Below are positions 40,107 through 53,786 of a stretch of DNA of 64,000 nt, one piece after another. How positions within the stretch are numbered: the stretch's first letter is position 1; every line of letters begins with the position of its first letter. Source of the DNA: Schmidtea polychroa (lineage: Eukaryota); contig CM097885.1 in NCBI GenBank assembly GCA_044892525.1, positions 4,776,001 to 4,840,000 on the forward strand, in the 5' to 3' direction. A program made the position numbers and the translations under genes. Below the pieces are notes generated by a model. That model saw only the letters and a program-made list of their open reading frames with translations, made no database searches and had not been told where the DNA came from.

Positions 40107-43100
40107 ATGGGATATCCTCAAGGGGCAGAAAAGTGGGAGAATGTTGGAAGGGTAAGCGAGAAAGTATACAGGTTCCTAAAGAGAGAAATGTTTGAAGAGG
40201 AAGTGGAAAGAATTGGAACCATTGAAACGGAGCAGGTTGTTGAAATTTTGTATAACAGAATGCAAGGAAGGCCTAGTATAACAGTAAGGATGAATGGGGA
40301 AAATTTCGACTGTTTATTAGACACTGGAGCAAGAATCAATGTAATGAGTGTGAACTGTTTCAACAAGCTGTGAGGACAACAATTGACGAAAAGTGACGAT
40401 AAGTTACGATGCGCAAACGAGAGTACGATCGAGACAATAGGAAAAACGAAGGTGCAAGTAACCATTGGAAATGTTTCGAAGGAAGTTATATTCATTGTGG
40501 CGGAGAAAGTGACACCAGACGTGATTGGAGGAATCGAATTACAAGAAACATTTGGATTTAGACTGTTAAAAATTAAAGATATCGAGGCTAGTGAAAAAGA
40601 CAAGAACTATATTTGTAACATTGAAGCAAAATTTGGCAGAAAAATAAAGGATGAAAAACGATTGATACGAGCGTTGGAGCAGTTAAAGATCAATGAAGAT
40701 GGAAAATTAAAGGAAATTATAACAAACAGTGGAAACGTGTTTATGGCAGATAAATGGGATGTGGGTCGCACACATTTGGTAAAACACAAGATAGTTACAA
40801 GAGGTGAGCCGATAAACATAAAACCATATCGCCAACCACTAAATTTGGAATCAAAGATTGAAGAAGCAATACAAAATTTGTACGAAAATGGAATTATACG
40901 GAAATGTAACTCTCCATGGAATACACCGCTAATATGTGTATGGAAAAAAGAGAAAAGGATATTAGACTATGCTTGGACTTTAGACAGCTGAACGCGGTAA
41001 CAGAGAGGCAGGCATTTCCAATGCCAAACATAGACGAGATGTTGGATTTGTTAGGAGGATCCGTCTTTTTCAGCTCAATCGATCTAGGTAATGCATATTA
41101 CCAAGTGGAACTAGAAGAAGAATCACAGGAGAAAACAGCTTTCTCAACAAAGAACGGACAATATTGTTTCAACAGAATGCCGTTTGGAATTGCAGCAGCA
41201 CCAGGTACGTTCCAAGAAATGATGACAAAAGTATTAGGCAAAATAAAGGGAGCAATGGTGTATTTGGACGACATCTTGATTTATTCAAGCAGTAAAGAGA
41301 AACACTATACAATACTCAAAGAAGTGTTAAAGGCGATTGAGGAAGCAGGCCTAAGGATTAATCCAGAAAAATGCTAAATAATAAAGGAAGAAATCAGATT
41401 CTTAGGACACATAATCAGCAAGGAAGGAGTACAGACAGATCCATCTAAAATTCAGGCCATACAGAACTTTGGGAAGCCTAATTGCGTAAAGAAACTCCGA
41501 AGCTTTTTAGGTATTTGCAATTATTATAGAATATTCATCAGTGATTATGCAAAGAAGGGAAGGATGTTAGAACAATTATGTAGCGGACCAAGTAACAAAA
41601 AATTAGAATGGAGTGAAGGAACGAATAGCGTGTTTGAGGGATTGAAATTAGCACTCACGACGGCGCCAATCTTATGTTTTCCGGATCTGAAAAAGGAGTT
41701 CATTTTAGATACCGACGCTAGTTTCGATACCATTGGAGCAGTACTTTCACAAAGAGATAAAGATGGAAAGGAAAGAGTAATTGCGTATGGATCACACTCG
41801 ATGACGAGCCACGAGAAAGGATATTGTATTACAAGAAATGAACTATTGGCGGTATATTATTTTTGCATTCATTTTAAGCACTATCTCTACGGAAGAAGAT
41901 TCACGCTCAGGACAGACCACAAGGCAATCACGTTTATGATGACAACCAAGAAGCCGATTACTTCACAATTCCAAACATGGATCAATTATTTGAGCAGTTT
42001 AGATATAAGAGTAGAATACAGAAAGGGTATTAATCACCAAAATGCAGACATGGTGTCGAGAACTAAATGTGACACGTGTGTTCAATGGCAAATGGCCCAC
42101 GAAGAAGCTAAGAAAGGAAAGATAAAAACAAGATTACTAGACTCGATCAGAGAAGAGGGAAGAAGCAACATCCAACATGGAATTGTAGAAGAAGTACGAA
42201 AGAAAACGATGATACCTGAAAATGAGTTACAAGAAACAATAAAGGAAATACATAGACTATTGTGTCATGCTGGAGTCGAGAAGATAGCCGATTATATGAA
42301 AGATAGATATGTTGGAAAACACCTGTGGAGTAAGATTCAGGAGATTGTTCGAAGTTGTGAGATTTGTCAAAAAACCAAGGCTTTAACAATAACAACGAAA
42401 GAACCAGTAAAAAGACAAGATTCGAAGAAAATGTTCGAAATTATATTCGTAGATATATGTGGACCGTTGGCAGAAACAAAAGGACGTAAGAAGTATATAT
42501 TGGGCATAATAGATCATTATAGTAAGTATCAAGTCTTGACAGCGATAACAAAACAAGACGAAGAAACAATAAAGAAAACGATTTTAGAAAAGTGGATTTT
42601 AAGATTTGGATGCCCAAAGGAGATAAGAGTTGATTGCGGAAAGGCGTTTGAATCAGGAATGATGAGAGAATTCACATAGATGCTAGATATTAAATTATGT
42701 TTTTCGAGTCCATACCATCACCAAACAAACGGTCAGATAGAAAGACAATTCAGGACAATACGGGATTTGATAAATGCTACTTTACAGGATAGAAAGAAGA
42801 CGGATTGGGCAGAGATATTACTAGAAGTCGAATTCACTTTAAATGCAACCAAACAAAAAACGACAGGGAAAAGCCCGGCAGAGATAGTTTTTGGAAAAAA
42901 GATTAGCAGGGAAAAATGGTACGGGTCCAAAGAAATACCGATAAAGGAAGAACTAGAAGAACAAACAAGGAGAAAATTCAATGTAGGAGAAGAAGTATTA
43001 GTAAAAGTAGAAACACGCCACAAAGGCCAGGACAGGTATGAAGGTCCGTACAAAGTGATAGAGAAAGTGCATGACAGACGATACATCTTAAGAAATGAAG

Positions 43101-43162
43101 ATGGAAAAAGGATCGAAAGAAATGTGGAAAAACTTAAAAATTTCTTAAGAAGAGGGATATGA
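40107..43162 (+). pseudogene. pol (protease, RT, RNase H, integrase) with stops and a frameshift
   Basis: LLDTGA, RLCLDFRQLN, YLDD, TDAS, TDHK, HHCC, and integrase D..D..E. Stops at 40371-40373, 41375-41377 and 42677-42679; frameshift near 40950. Confidence 0.92.
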
Positions 43163-43387
43163 GGAAGTTTTATGATGAAGAAATTTTTAAATTAAAAATT
43201 TTAAAAATTAAAGTTTAGATTAATTTTTAAAAAAACAAAATAAGAAGATATTTTAATTAAAAATATCTTCGTAGAAAATTTGTTTAAATAAGAAAGATTA
43301 AGGAAGATATAATTTGATATTGATATTTACTGAAATAAAATTTATTGAAACAAAAACTGATTTTAATGTTTTACAGGATGAACCTCC

Positions 43388-43441
<54 letters not shown>

Positions 43442-44954
43442 TAAAATAATAATAATAAAATAGAAATATAAAATAGAATTTCCCCCCACTCGAAAAAAAT
43501 GTCCGATAGGGATGTCTGCACAGAAATCAATGGGATTTTTAAGCGATAAATTGTTTAAGTAATCCAAAAAAGCGCTCTCCACAAATGAACTCAAATACTT
43601 TCCAGTTCAACTTGACATGGCAGTTTAATTACACTCGTCAAGGCAGCGAGCGTCTTGGTCGACGGAATTCTTGGATTTAATTGAATTTTTTTGTCATTAT
43701 ATTTACTGGTGAAAATCTCTGAGACAATTCCAGAATGCTGCCTGATGGAAATTAATAGAAATTCACTTGCTCAATTGCCCATTTCCGCTCATTGATTCAC
43801 ATGTGAAATCGATAATTCACCAAATAATCGATTTAATGAAAATTTGAAAATTTGTTCTTTTTCTTTGAATTAATTACCGGTAGCCATAGTAACCTATTGA
43901 GGAAATGGTAGATGGTAAGGGGAGATCTTTCAATTAATTTTATAATTTCCCTTTCTCCATGTCTGATGAATATACACTTATCAAGTTCACCTTTTTAAGC
44001 ATCAGATATCACTATTATATTGTTAGTGGTTCCTAGTGCGGTAGCGACTTCTGTTTGATGTCAGTAGTGGTTAAACATTAACATGTAAAGGGTTATTTAT
44101 GAGGGCTATTCCAACAACGATTAGTTACAAATAATTACTATATGATGTTAATATCCTACACTCAGATTTACATCACCAAATTATGACATACGCACTATAG
44201 GATAAGGCCCATAATTAGTCTCTTGTATTCGAAAATGCAAGTGAAACTCAGAATGTCCGTAATGAAATGGGCCTCTTCTTTTAATCCAATTTTCATGGTG
44301 TTTGAAAACCTTTTAATTCTGAAAATGTAATTTAATATAAATAATAATTAATTAATAATTATCGCTATTTAACATAAATAATTAATATTTTTAACAATTT
44401 AATAAATAACAAATTAATTAAAGATTATGTTATTATTATTTGGTTGAAAGATTTTCTTTGGGAGATTTTGTTTAAATATTATTATTGAGAATATTATTAT
44501 TTGAATTAATAAATTTCAGTTGTAAATTGATTTTTTGGATACCATAAATAGAATATGAAGCTAATACTTTGACCTGTTAAATGTATGATCCCAGATTCGC
44601 ACAAGGTCAGCACAGGAACAATCGGATCATAAAAATATAAATCCAATGCCGATGCAATATGATTAACTTTGCTTGCGCATTTGGTACGAGAATGTCTGAA
44701 TTTCAATTAAAAATAATTAATAAATTGAGAAAATTATTTATCAATTGAATTCACTTTAGATTCAATAAAACTGATCTCAATCAATTATATTAATATATTT
44801 TGAAATTATAATATTAAACAGATGTTTTGTTTTTATTGATATTTGTTATCCAGACATTTCCTGTTATATTGTTCTCAATACGCATTGTGACACATTTTTG
44901 TTGGGGGGGGGGATTTCTATATCCTATATTTGCGTGGGCTCGTCCCTTAATTTC

Positions 44955-45000
<46 letters not shown>

Positions 45001-45353
45001 TATTAATAATTAATAAGAAAGGCCGTTAAAACAAATTAAAAATGATTAAAATATTTTAAGTTGCAGATTTCTATTTACACAGTCAGGGCTGGCCATGTGG
45101 GAGACTATTTTTCACCTCTCCAAAAGCATTTTATTTTTGTTCGATGCGCCTTTCCTTTCAGAATCACAATATTTTCCTATTCATTTTCTTGTAAAACAAT
45201 AAAATAAAGTAAAATAAAGTAATAAAATTAACTTAATAATTTTCAAATAATTATTTTTACCTTTTAAGAGCAACAAAATCATATAAAATCTTACATATAA
45301 ATAAATCAAATTATTATTTTCAATTATTATTATTTATTTATTTATTATTATTA

Positions 45354-45442
<89 letters not shown>

Positions 45443-47707
45443 TATTATGTATAATGAAATAATAGTTCAATAAAATGGAATATTGCATTGTCATTTCTAT
45501 GGCATTATAAGCTCTTGCCCCTAATAAGCCATATAATAACACGTAAATAATATGTTGTGCCTATGTAAAATTAAATAAAAATATTTAACACAAAAACTCA
45601 AAAATAAAATAAAAATGCAAAATTAATTAACATTTTGAAAATTGGGACAGTTGTGATTTTGTGGAACAAATAATACTTATTGTGTTGAGCTACTTATTCT
45701 GATCGAGAACACGAGGAGTTTGATTATAAATTCTGTCCAACCAAATAATAGTATTAACTCCAATCAATTTAGATAGAGCCATAGCGTTGACAATGTATAT
45801 TACGGGGTATTGAGGCCTTGTAATATGTAGAATATGCAGTATCTGAATACATTTTTCTGTGAATTACTCACAATTACTTACCTTTACCCCCCCATGTGGA
45901 AGAGGTTGTCAGTTAAGGAGGTACATGAATAAAGAAAAGAGAAGTTCAGAGAAAAATCAAATAAGCCATTATGGGGCAACCCAAACTAAATTCTACGCAA
46001 GCTAATTAAACGTCATAAAAATAAATAATTATAAAAATCTAAAGATAGAAAAATTCCTCCAAAAAAATTTCTCAATAAATTAAATTGAGTGGGGATTTGT
46101 GTAATTTTTGACATATATTTATTTTTGAAACGAGCAATTTATACAATATCCGCTCGGTTTTTCACATATAGCCATATGAGCTGGAATAATTCCGGACCAG
46201 CAACATTTCCTGAACTAGGATTTCGTTTCATCGCCAGACTCAGTTAAATGCAACGCGTTGCCGAGCTATCCAAGATTTATATCTCGCGGGATTTTAATTA
46301 CTTTTAAAGCCGGTTATTATTTGCCGTTGAAATATTTTAATTTTTTTAACAACAGATTTTTCTCAACTGGGATTTCATTCATGATCATTTAGATGGGCTT
46401 TAATTCAGTTGTTCGGGAATGACTCTTCATATAAGTTGTCCAGGAATTGAGGGATGATAATTCTATTACTTTTTATTCACTTTCTCGACGGGAGTAGGGA
46501 GTTAGTGGCCCGCGGCAGCAATAGGGGGGGGGGGGTAAAAAATGTTGCAAACTTTTGATTGCATAACTTTTTCCGTAGACATTTTTTGATTACATAATTG
46601 TTGCCGTAATGCCCAATGTTTTCTGGGATTTTAAATACAAATTTTTTTTTTTTTTTTTTTTTTTTTCAATAAACAAGCCAAGGATAAATATTATTTGGGT
46701 GGGTCTCCTTGGTCCTGAGAATTTCAATAGAAAAAGGTAGTCTTCAATAAAAAAGCATGGATTTTTCACACTATAGTGAGGGGATCTTCTTGGTCATGAG
46801 AATTTCAATAGAAAAGGTGGTTTACATTAAAAAACGCATAGTAAATTTTTAAAATAAAGTAAATTATGGGTCTAAAATTTAAAAATAAAGTAAATGATGG
46901 GTCTAAAAATTTAAGTAAATCAAGGTTCAGATTTATTTTTGAAATAAAGTAAATTATGGTCTAAATAAGTAAATTATGGGCTAAGATTTTTCAATTAAAG
47001 TAAATAATGGTTCTAAAAAATTAAATTACAGTAAATTATGGTCCAAATTTTTAAATTAAAGTAAATTATGGTTCTTAAAAATTAAATTAAAGTAAATTAT
47101 GGTTCTTAAAAATTAAATTAAAGTAAATTATGGTTCTTAAAAATTAAATTAAAGTAAATTATGGTCAAAATTTTTGAATTACAGTCCAAAAATTTAAATT
47201 AAAGTAAATTATGATCCAAATTTTTAAATTAAAGTAAATAATGGTTCTAAAAAATTAAATTAAAGTAAATAATGGTCCAAATATTTTAAATTACAGTAAA
47301 TAATGGTTCTAAAAATTAAATTACAGTAAATAATGGTCAAAAATTTTAAAATTAAAGTAAATTATGGTTCTAAAAATTAAATTAAAGTTAATTAAGGTCC
47401 AAATTTTAAAATTAAATAATCAATGGTAAAAAAAAAATTTAAATTAAAGTTAAATAAGTAAATTAAAGTAATAATTTTTAAATAAGTAAATTAAAGTAAT
47501 GTAATAAGTAAATTAAAGTAAGATTTTTAAATTTATTAACAAAAATAGAAGGTGTTTGAGAATTGAAATTTTTTAATGGAAATTTTAATGAATTATTTTT
47601 TAAGTAATTTTTAATAGAAATTTTTATGAATAATTTTCAATGGTAATTTTTAATGGAAATTTTAATAGAATAATTTTTAAGATAATTTTTAATGAAAATT
47701 TTTATGA

Positions 47708-47781
<74 letters not shown>

Positions 47782-47968
47782 TAATATTAATAATATATCA
47801 ACCAAATACTATACAACACATAAAAAATTAACTAAACACATTAAAATAACTAGACACATAACGAAACATATAAACATTAACTAAACACATAAAAATGAAC
47901 TAGACACATAACAAACATAAAAATTTACCAAATAACAAATGTAAAGATATAAAATTTATTCAATAAAA

Positions 47969-50900
47969 TTAGTCCTCATCGGACAAAATAACGTCATCGA
48001 TATCGATGTCATCTTCTCCAAAATCTTCATTTAATTCTTCCTCATCTTCTCCATCATTTTCTCCAACATTTTCTGAAACATTTTCTGCAACAATTTCTCC
48101 AACATTTTCTCCAATATTTAATTCACTTAATCTTACATGCCCATATGCAAGACTAGTATTTTGCCCCACCCAAACCCTTTTGTCATCTTTGTTAGTTAGT
48201 GCTATTTTTGTGTTTTTAATTGTAAAAATTTGATGATTTTTGCTTGTTATTTTAGTCTGAGGAACCGAAAAAATCTGGTTAGTGTTATAACAATCCAGGT
48301 ATGACTGATGTTTTATGTCACTACCTTTCAATGTTACACCTTTAGCCTTTTTTGTTTCCTCATCACCCAACAAGCTATAACATTTAGGTCTAAGAAAAAC
48401 CCACTCCTTATATTTAAGACCTTTATTCTCGTCTTTGAACTTTCCAATGACTGAATCAAGGTTCTTACTATATAAGGAATGACAACTATTGTAATTGGAA
48501 GTATCCAATAAATTATCTCGAACCATTGCAGGTAAAAGAACCTTAAGTTTGCAGTTAATGACTTCGAGGAAAAAAGAATCTGTATCACCTGCAACGATAT
48601 TAATTTTACAATTAAACTCATTGCGAAATGATTCCAGATCCTTATATTGCAATTCATACATTCTAAGTTTAGATAGATCAAGTACAGATTGACCAATGTA
48701 ACTCGGTCTATCTAAACATATAGAATCGGAATTCAATAGTGCTGCAATTAAATTATCTGCTATTTTAATAGATTTTTTAAAAGTCGGTTTTGACGAATAT
48801 TTAACTAATTTACCGGCAGTTGTACAAAGACGAAGATTCATTCTTCTCTTTAAATTTTCAACTGTTTTGCCGTATAAACTATTATTTAGCAATTTATAAT
48901 AATTTTTATCTAAGCTATTTACGCTTTTTGATCTTAATTCAGTATTTGTATCTATATATTTTTTAAAAATTGGTGATTGCTTAAATCTTACACCCCTATT
49001 TACACGTGTTACTTTAACACCAAGTTCCAAATATAATTTTAATAATCTCCAATGAATAACATAATTAGATTTTGGAAGATGAGTTAATAATAATTTTTCA
49101 ACCTTAGACCCAGCAGGTTTCATTTTTTCAGCAGCTACAGGGAAATCATCCAACTTATCATGAAGCTCAGAAGGAATTACAAGATCAACTTCAAGTGTGT
49201 ATCCATAAGACAAAGATTCAAGATTTAAATTCCTACATTCATCCATTATTTTATCAAATCCATCAAGAACCCAACAAAATTCGCCACAAGGTAATGATTG
49301 ACTTAAAGCCCAGCCATAAAGATTATTAATATCTATATATAGTAACTCGGTGTTCTCGTCGGTTTTTACGTAATGCTTATTCACAAAAGTAAGACCGCCT
49401 CTTATTCCACCCTCATAAAAGCTAAACATTTCGTTTTCAGTTATGAGTTCAATTGGTTCATTTAAAGACATTAATGCAGAAGACCAAGACATGCCTGGAA
49501 TTCCGAAATAATTCAATGGTTCCAATCTATTGTGAGCAATGGATTTCAACCGAAACTGATGAAAGAAATCAGCCAAAAGAAAACAATCAAGTTTTAGGTA
49601 GATCATCATATAATCTAATAAAGTTACGCAATTAGTTTCTACCCAAATCTCCTGAGCTTTTTCATACTCAAGCTCAGTGACACCCTCCCAGATTGGTGGT
49701 AATTCATAAGTAGTTTGGAGAATATCTAAAGAAGTGGCGAAATTATAAGGGAAGATTCCTTTTTCACTTACTATGGTGCCAGAAAAAGCAGAATTAGTAA
49801 AAGGCAAAGAATTCAAAGTTTTGACTGCTTTAGCCAAAGAATCATTGACAAATTGATACGAATCAATGAATCTTAGGCTAATTTTACCTAAATGAGCAAT
49901 CAAAGATATAAATTTTTGCGTAGTTATTGGGATGCACCCTAAATTCCAATTTTTAAATTTATTTAATCCATATTTAAGTATATGGTGCATATCGTATCCC
50001 TTCAAGTTGTGAAATACGATAGGCAAAATTTTATTTATTTTTCTATTTACGTTACATGTGCTACAAGCTGCACCCAAGTATTTCCCCGTAAAATGATCGT
50101 GATCTCTAACAGGATCCACGATAGATTTCAAACAAAGATAACAAACCGTTGAATTAATGAATTGTTGTTGCTCAATTTTCGTTAATTTAATCATTGGTTT
50201 CCTACCCATTTTATAATAAAAAGGAAGAACCTTATTTAATGCTATATCCTCTATAGCACTTAAAAAACTCTCGACGCAATCTAAACCTATGAACTGCTGA
50301 TAAGATTTAGATCCGTCAAAGTTATTTACTAGTAAAAGACCAGCAGATATTGGCATGTGTCGCTGAAAATGATCATTATCAGAAGGTAAAATAGCCTCAA
50401 AATCGGCATAAACTACAAAAGGAGGAGTTACTGTTTTCGACCAGTCAGTAAACTGTAAGAATTTATTTTGAGGGAAAGTATAAAGAGTTGTTCCTAATTG
50501 ATTACGTTTGCATAATATTTCATGTTTTTCTAGAGCGTTTCTATTATTAAACCCATTCAAACACCGATGGCACCATAATGAACGTATGCATGTAGGACAA
50601 GTAGTGTTGATACCACAATTCAATAACCTATTTAAATTGCTTATAGCAACGTAATGGAAATTGTTCCCTTTATTTAATAATAGTAAATTAATTACAGTTC
50701 CATTTAAAACTTTGGAACGATGTATAATGTCTAAATGTGGGTGTTTTAAAACGTAATTATCTATTAATTGTTTGTTATTGTCATAAGAAAAAACGTTAAT
50801 TATTAAACCAGGATTTTTGGCCTCGAATTTTCTAATATCTTTTAATTTCATGGGTAAGTCCAATGGATTATATATTAATTCAGATAAATTATAACTGGAT

Positions 50901-51553
50901 CTCCTATTTCTAGCATAACTACTAACCTCATCATATTTTAAAATAGCTAAAATGCTATATAAAAAACATGAATCATCGGTGTTTTTTATATTAATTAAAC
51001 AATATTTATTTTTTAGATAAGTAGGTAGTTCAATGAAACTCCTACCACTTAATCTACTTAGCCTACTTATCTTTGTTATGGTGAAGTGAATTTCTGTTAT
51101 TTTTTTTTTTATGATCCAGCTACTTCCTAACTCTGTGATATTACTTATTTTCTCGTTTAGTTCCCTAATGCCTTCGTCAAAAAATGATGCAGTTAAAGGC
51201 TTTGCATAATTTGAGATATTATTAACCTTTATTTCCCCGTCTTTTTCAAATTCGATTGTTATTCCGAATTGAATTTTGACGGAGCCTAATTCGTTAATAA
51301 TATCTCGTAATTTTTTTATTAGTTGTTCAGGAAATATTATTTCTTTTATATTTAAGTCGCTTGTATTTAAGCTTAATATTTGATGGGTACCTCTTAGATC
51401 TTTTTGTATTATTGGAACATTTCCACCTATTTGTATTATATTTAATCCATCCCAAGAGTCAAGGGAAATATTATCTAATCCGACCTGGGATTCAACAACC
51501 AATCCATCATGGGATTCGACAACCAATCTATCATTGGATTCCACAAAAGGCAA
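47969..51553 (-). CDS. Protein-primed family B DNA polymerase (left-arm copy); true start probably upstream at 51753
   Basis: LINIKNTDDSCF, YADFEA, DHDHFTGKYLGAACSTCN, FHNLKGYD, YIDINNLYG, KLLNNSLYGK, GDTDS, KAKGV, acidic tail. Confidence 0.95.
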   Translation of the reverse strand: MPFVESNDRLVVESHDGLVVESQVGLDNISLDSWDGLNIIQIGGNVPIIQKDLRGTHQILSLNTSDLNIKEIIFPEQLIKKLRDIINELGSVKIQFGITIEFEKDGEIKVNNISNYAKPLTASFFDEGIRELNEKISNITELGSSWIIKKKITEIHFTITKISRLSRLSGRSFIELPTYLKNKYCLINIKNTDDSCFLYSILAILKYDEVSSYARNRRSSYNLSELIYNPLDLPMKLKDIRKFEAKNPGLIINVFSYDNNKQLIDNYVLKHPHLDIIHRSKVLNGTVINLLLLNKGNNFHYVAISNLNRLLNCGINTTCPTCIRSLWCHRCLNGFNNRNALEKHEILCKRNQLGTTLYTFPQNKFLQFTDWSKTVTPPFVVYADFEAILPSDNDHFQRHMPISAGLLLVNNFDGSKSYQQFIGLDCVESFLSAIEDIALNKVLPFYYKMGRKPMIKLTKIEQQQFINSTVCYLCLKSIVDPVRDHDHFTGKYLGAACSTCNVNRKINKILPIVFHNLKGYDMHHILKYGLNKFKNWNLGCIPITTQKFISLIAHLGKISLRFIDSYQFVNDSLAKAVKTLNSLPFTNSAFSGTIVSEKGIFPYNFATSLDILQTTYELPPIWEGVTELEYEKAQEIWVETNCVTLLDYMMIYLKLDCFLLADFFHQFRLKSIAHNRLEPLNYFGIPGMSWSSALMSLNEPIELITENEMFSFYEGGIRGGLTFVNKHYVKTDENTELLYIDINNLYGWALSQSLPCGEFCWVLDGFDKIMDECRNLNLESLSYGYTLEVDLVIPSELHDKLDDFPVAAEKMKPAGSKVEKLLLTHLPKSNYVIHWRLLKLYLELGVKVTRVNRGVRFKQSPIFKKYIDTNTELRSKSVNSLDKNYYKLLNNSLYGKTVENLKRRMNLRLCTTAGKLVKYSSKPTFKKSIKIADNLIAALLNSDSICLDRPSYIGQSVLDLSKLRMYELQYKDLESFRNEFNCKINIVAGDTDSFFLEVINCKLKVLLPAMVRDNLLDTSNYNSCHSLYSKNLDSVIGKFKDENKGLKYKEWVFLRPKCYSLLGDEETKKAKGVTLKGSDIKHQSYLDCYNTNQIFSVPQTKITSKNHQIFTIKNTKIALTNKDDKRVWVGQNTSLAYGHVRLSELNIGENVGEIVAENVSENVGENDGEDEEELNEDFGEDDIDIDDVILSDED

Positions 51554-52641
51554 TCCGACCTTGGATTCAAAAGAAGAAGTATCTAATTTAATTTTTTAAT
51601 TTTTATTATTTTTTTTTCTATAGTTGAGGGTCTTTTAAAAACACTATCTTTTTTAAAATTAAACCTATCTAAATGATTTTTATGTTTATTATAAAAAACG
51701 CTATATGTTACGGGGTCACTAGTCTTACATACGGGACATATTTTAAAACACATTTTGACGCTAAAGTTGACTTATTTAACATTTTCATAATAATTTAATA
51801 AAAATAATGTGATGAACCCACAAAGTAATATCATTTTTCATCAAATTACAAAACAGTAATAACGTTTTCATAAAATTGTAACAAAGTAATAACATATTTC
51901 AGATAAATTTCAACAAATTTGTAAAATATTTATCAAATTGTAACTAAAATAATAAAAATATTGCAACAAAGTAATAAAATAATAATGGTAATTAAGACAA
52001 ATCAATACATTATTTCGAAGACGGACAACAAATTAAAAAGAATATTGTAACTAAAATAATAAAAATATTGCAACAAAGTAATAAAATAATACAACATTTT
52101 AAACTCTAGATCAATCCATTTTATAGAAAATTAAATTTTATCTATATAATATATGAATAAATATCCAAGGAAATTACGTTAACGTATAATAAATACAAAT
52201 TTATCGTAAAAACATGTGTGTATTACACACAAAACAAGATACATAATTTCTAATCAATCCATTTTATAGAAAATTAAATTTTATCTATATATTATATGAA
52301 TAAAATCCTAAGAAAATTACGTTAACTGTATGAAAAATACAAATTTATCATAAAAACATGTGTGTATTACACACAACATACGAGACATAATTTTTAATCA
52401 AGCTATTTTATAGAAAATTAAATTTTATCTATATAATATATGAATAAAAATCCAAGAAAATTACGTTAACCGCGCGAAAAACTACAAATTTATTGTAAAA
52501 ACATGTGTGCATTACACACAAAGCATCAAACTGAAATTGTAATTGCGCCATGTTGTAGAGAATTAAATTCTGCCTATACATGGTTACACTTAAATCTCGA
52601 TCAGACATGTGAAAAGAGACATAAAAGATAAAAAACAGTAG

Positions 52642-53786
52642 AGTAGTATGATGTGGGCCCGCTCGGCCACATATACCCCCTCCCCCCGTGTGTAAAATAA
52701 TGTTAATAATAATATTTATATATCAGTATATAGATTTTGCACTGGGCTTTAAAATAAGTGTTTGATTAATAAATTCGGATGATGGAAACATTACTTTTGG
52801 GAAGAAAAAAAGTAGGTCACCGCTGGACCAATTAATTTAAAAAAATTACGTAATAGTTCTAAAAATATTAGGCATCATTCTAAAAGTATTTGGCATCGTT
52901 CTAAAAGTATGACGTAATCGTTCTAAAAATATTAGACACCATTCTAAAAATATTTGGCATCGTTCTAAAAATATTAGACATCGATTACGTAATAGTTCTA
53001 AAAATATTAGGCATCGTTCTAAAAATATTAGGCATCGTTCTAAAAATATTTGGCATCATTCTAAAATATTAGACATCATTCTAAAAATGTGATGAGTCAT
53101 TGTCTTTGTTCTAAAAATGTGATGAATCATCGTATGATAAAAATCTATATCTCATTAGAAAGTTCTTGCACAGAGCTTTAAAATAAGCTATCGATCAATA
53201 TAATATGTTGGCAGGAACATTAATTTTTGGGATGAAAAAAAGTGTGAGCCCGCCCGGCCAATTAATAATATTTTGGAAAATAATAATAATTTAACGTTGA
53301 AAAGATGGTGGTCATCAATTGTTAATAACATTAAAACTATTAAAGATATATATGATACCTATAGCTCATTCGAAAGGTCTTGGACTGAGCTTTAAGAATA
53401 GGTATCGTCCAATAAAATCTGTTGGCAGGAACATTAATTTTTGGGATGAAAAAAAGTGTGAGCCCGCCCGGCCAATTAATAATATTTTGGAAAATAATAA
53501 TAATTTAACGTTGAAAAGATGGTGGTCATCAATTGTTAATAACATTAAAACTATTAAAGATATATATGATACCTATAGCTCATTCGAAAGGTCTTGGACT
53601 GAGCTTTAAGATGAGGTATCGGTCAATAAAATCTGTTGGCAGGAACATTAATTTTTGGGATGAAAAAAAGTGTGAGCCCGCCCGGCCAATTAATTAAAAC
53701 AAAAAATTTAAAAAAAAATTTTTTTCCCGGGGGGGGGGAGGGGGGGAGGGGGTATATGTGGCCGGGGGAGCTCCAATCATACTACT
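52642..53786. repeat. Central segment of the palindrome, with AGTAGT...ACTACT ends, ~22-bp tandem repeats and ~213-bp tandem repeats
   Basis: 'gttctaaaaatattaggcatc' units at ~52856-53120; 'gttggcaggaacattaatttttgggatg' at 53208, 53421 and 53635. Confidence 0.8.

Larger units (their letters stand above)
38838..43392 (+). mobile_element. Ty3/gypsy LTR retrotransposon, full length but disrupted
   Basis: 235-bp LTRs at 38838-39072 and 43158-43392, PBS TGGTGGCAGCGGT (39073-39085), PPT AAGAAGAGGGA, domain order gag-PR-RT-RH-IN. Confidence 0.95.

Noticed and set aside
43470..44706. GC-richer exon-like patches (43470-43790, 44506-44706)
   Set aside because: I could not build a consistent spliced ORF or recognise a family.
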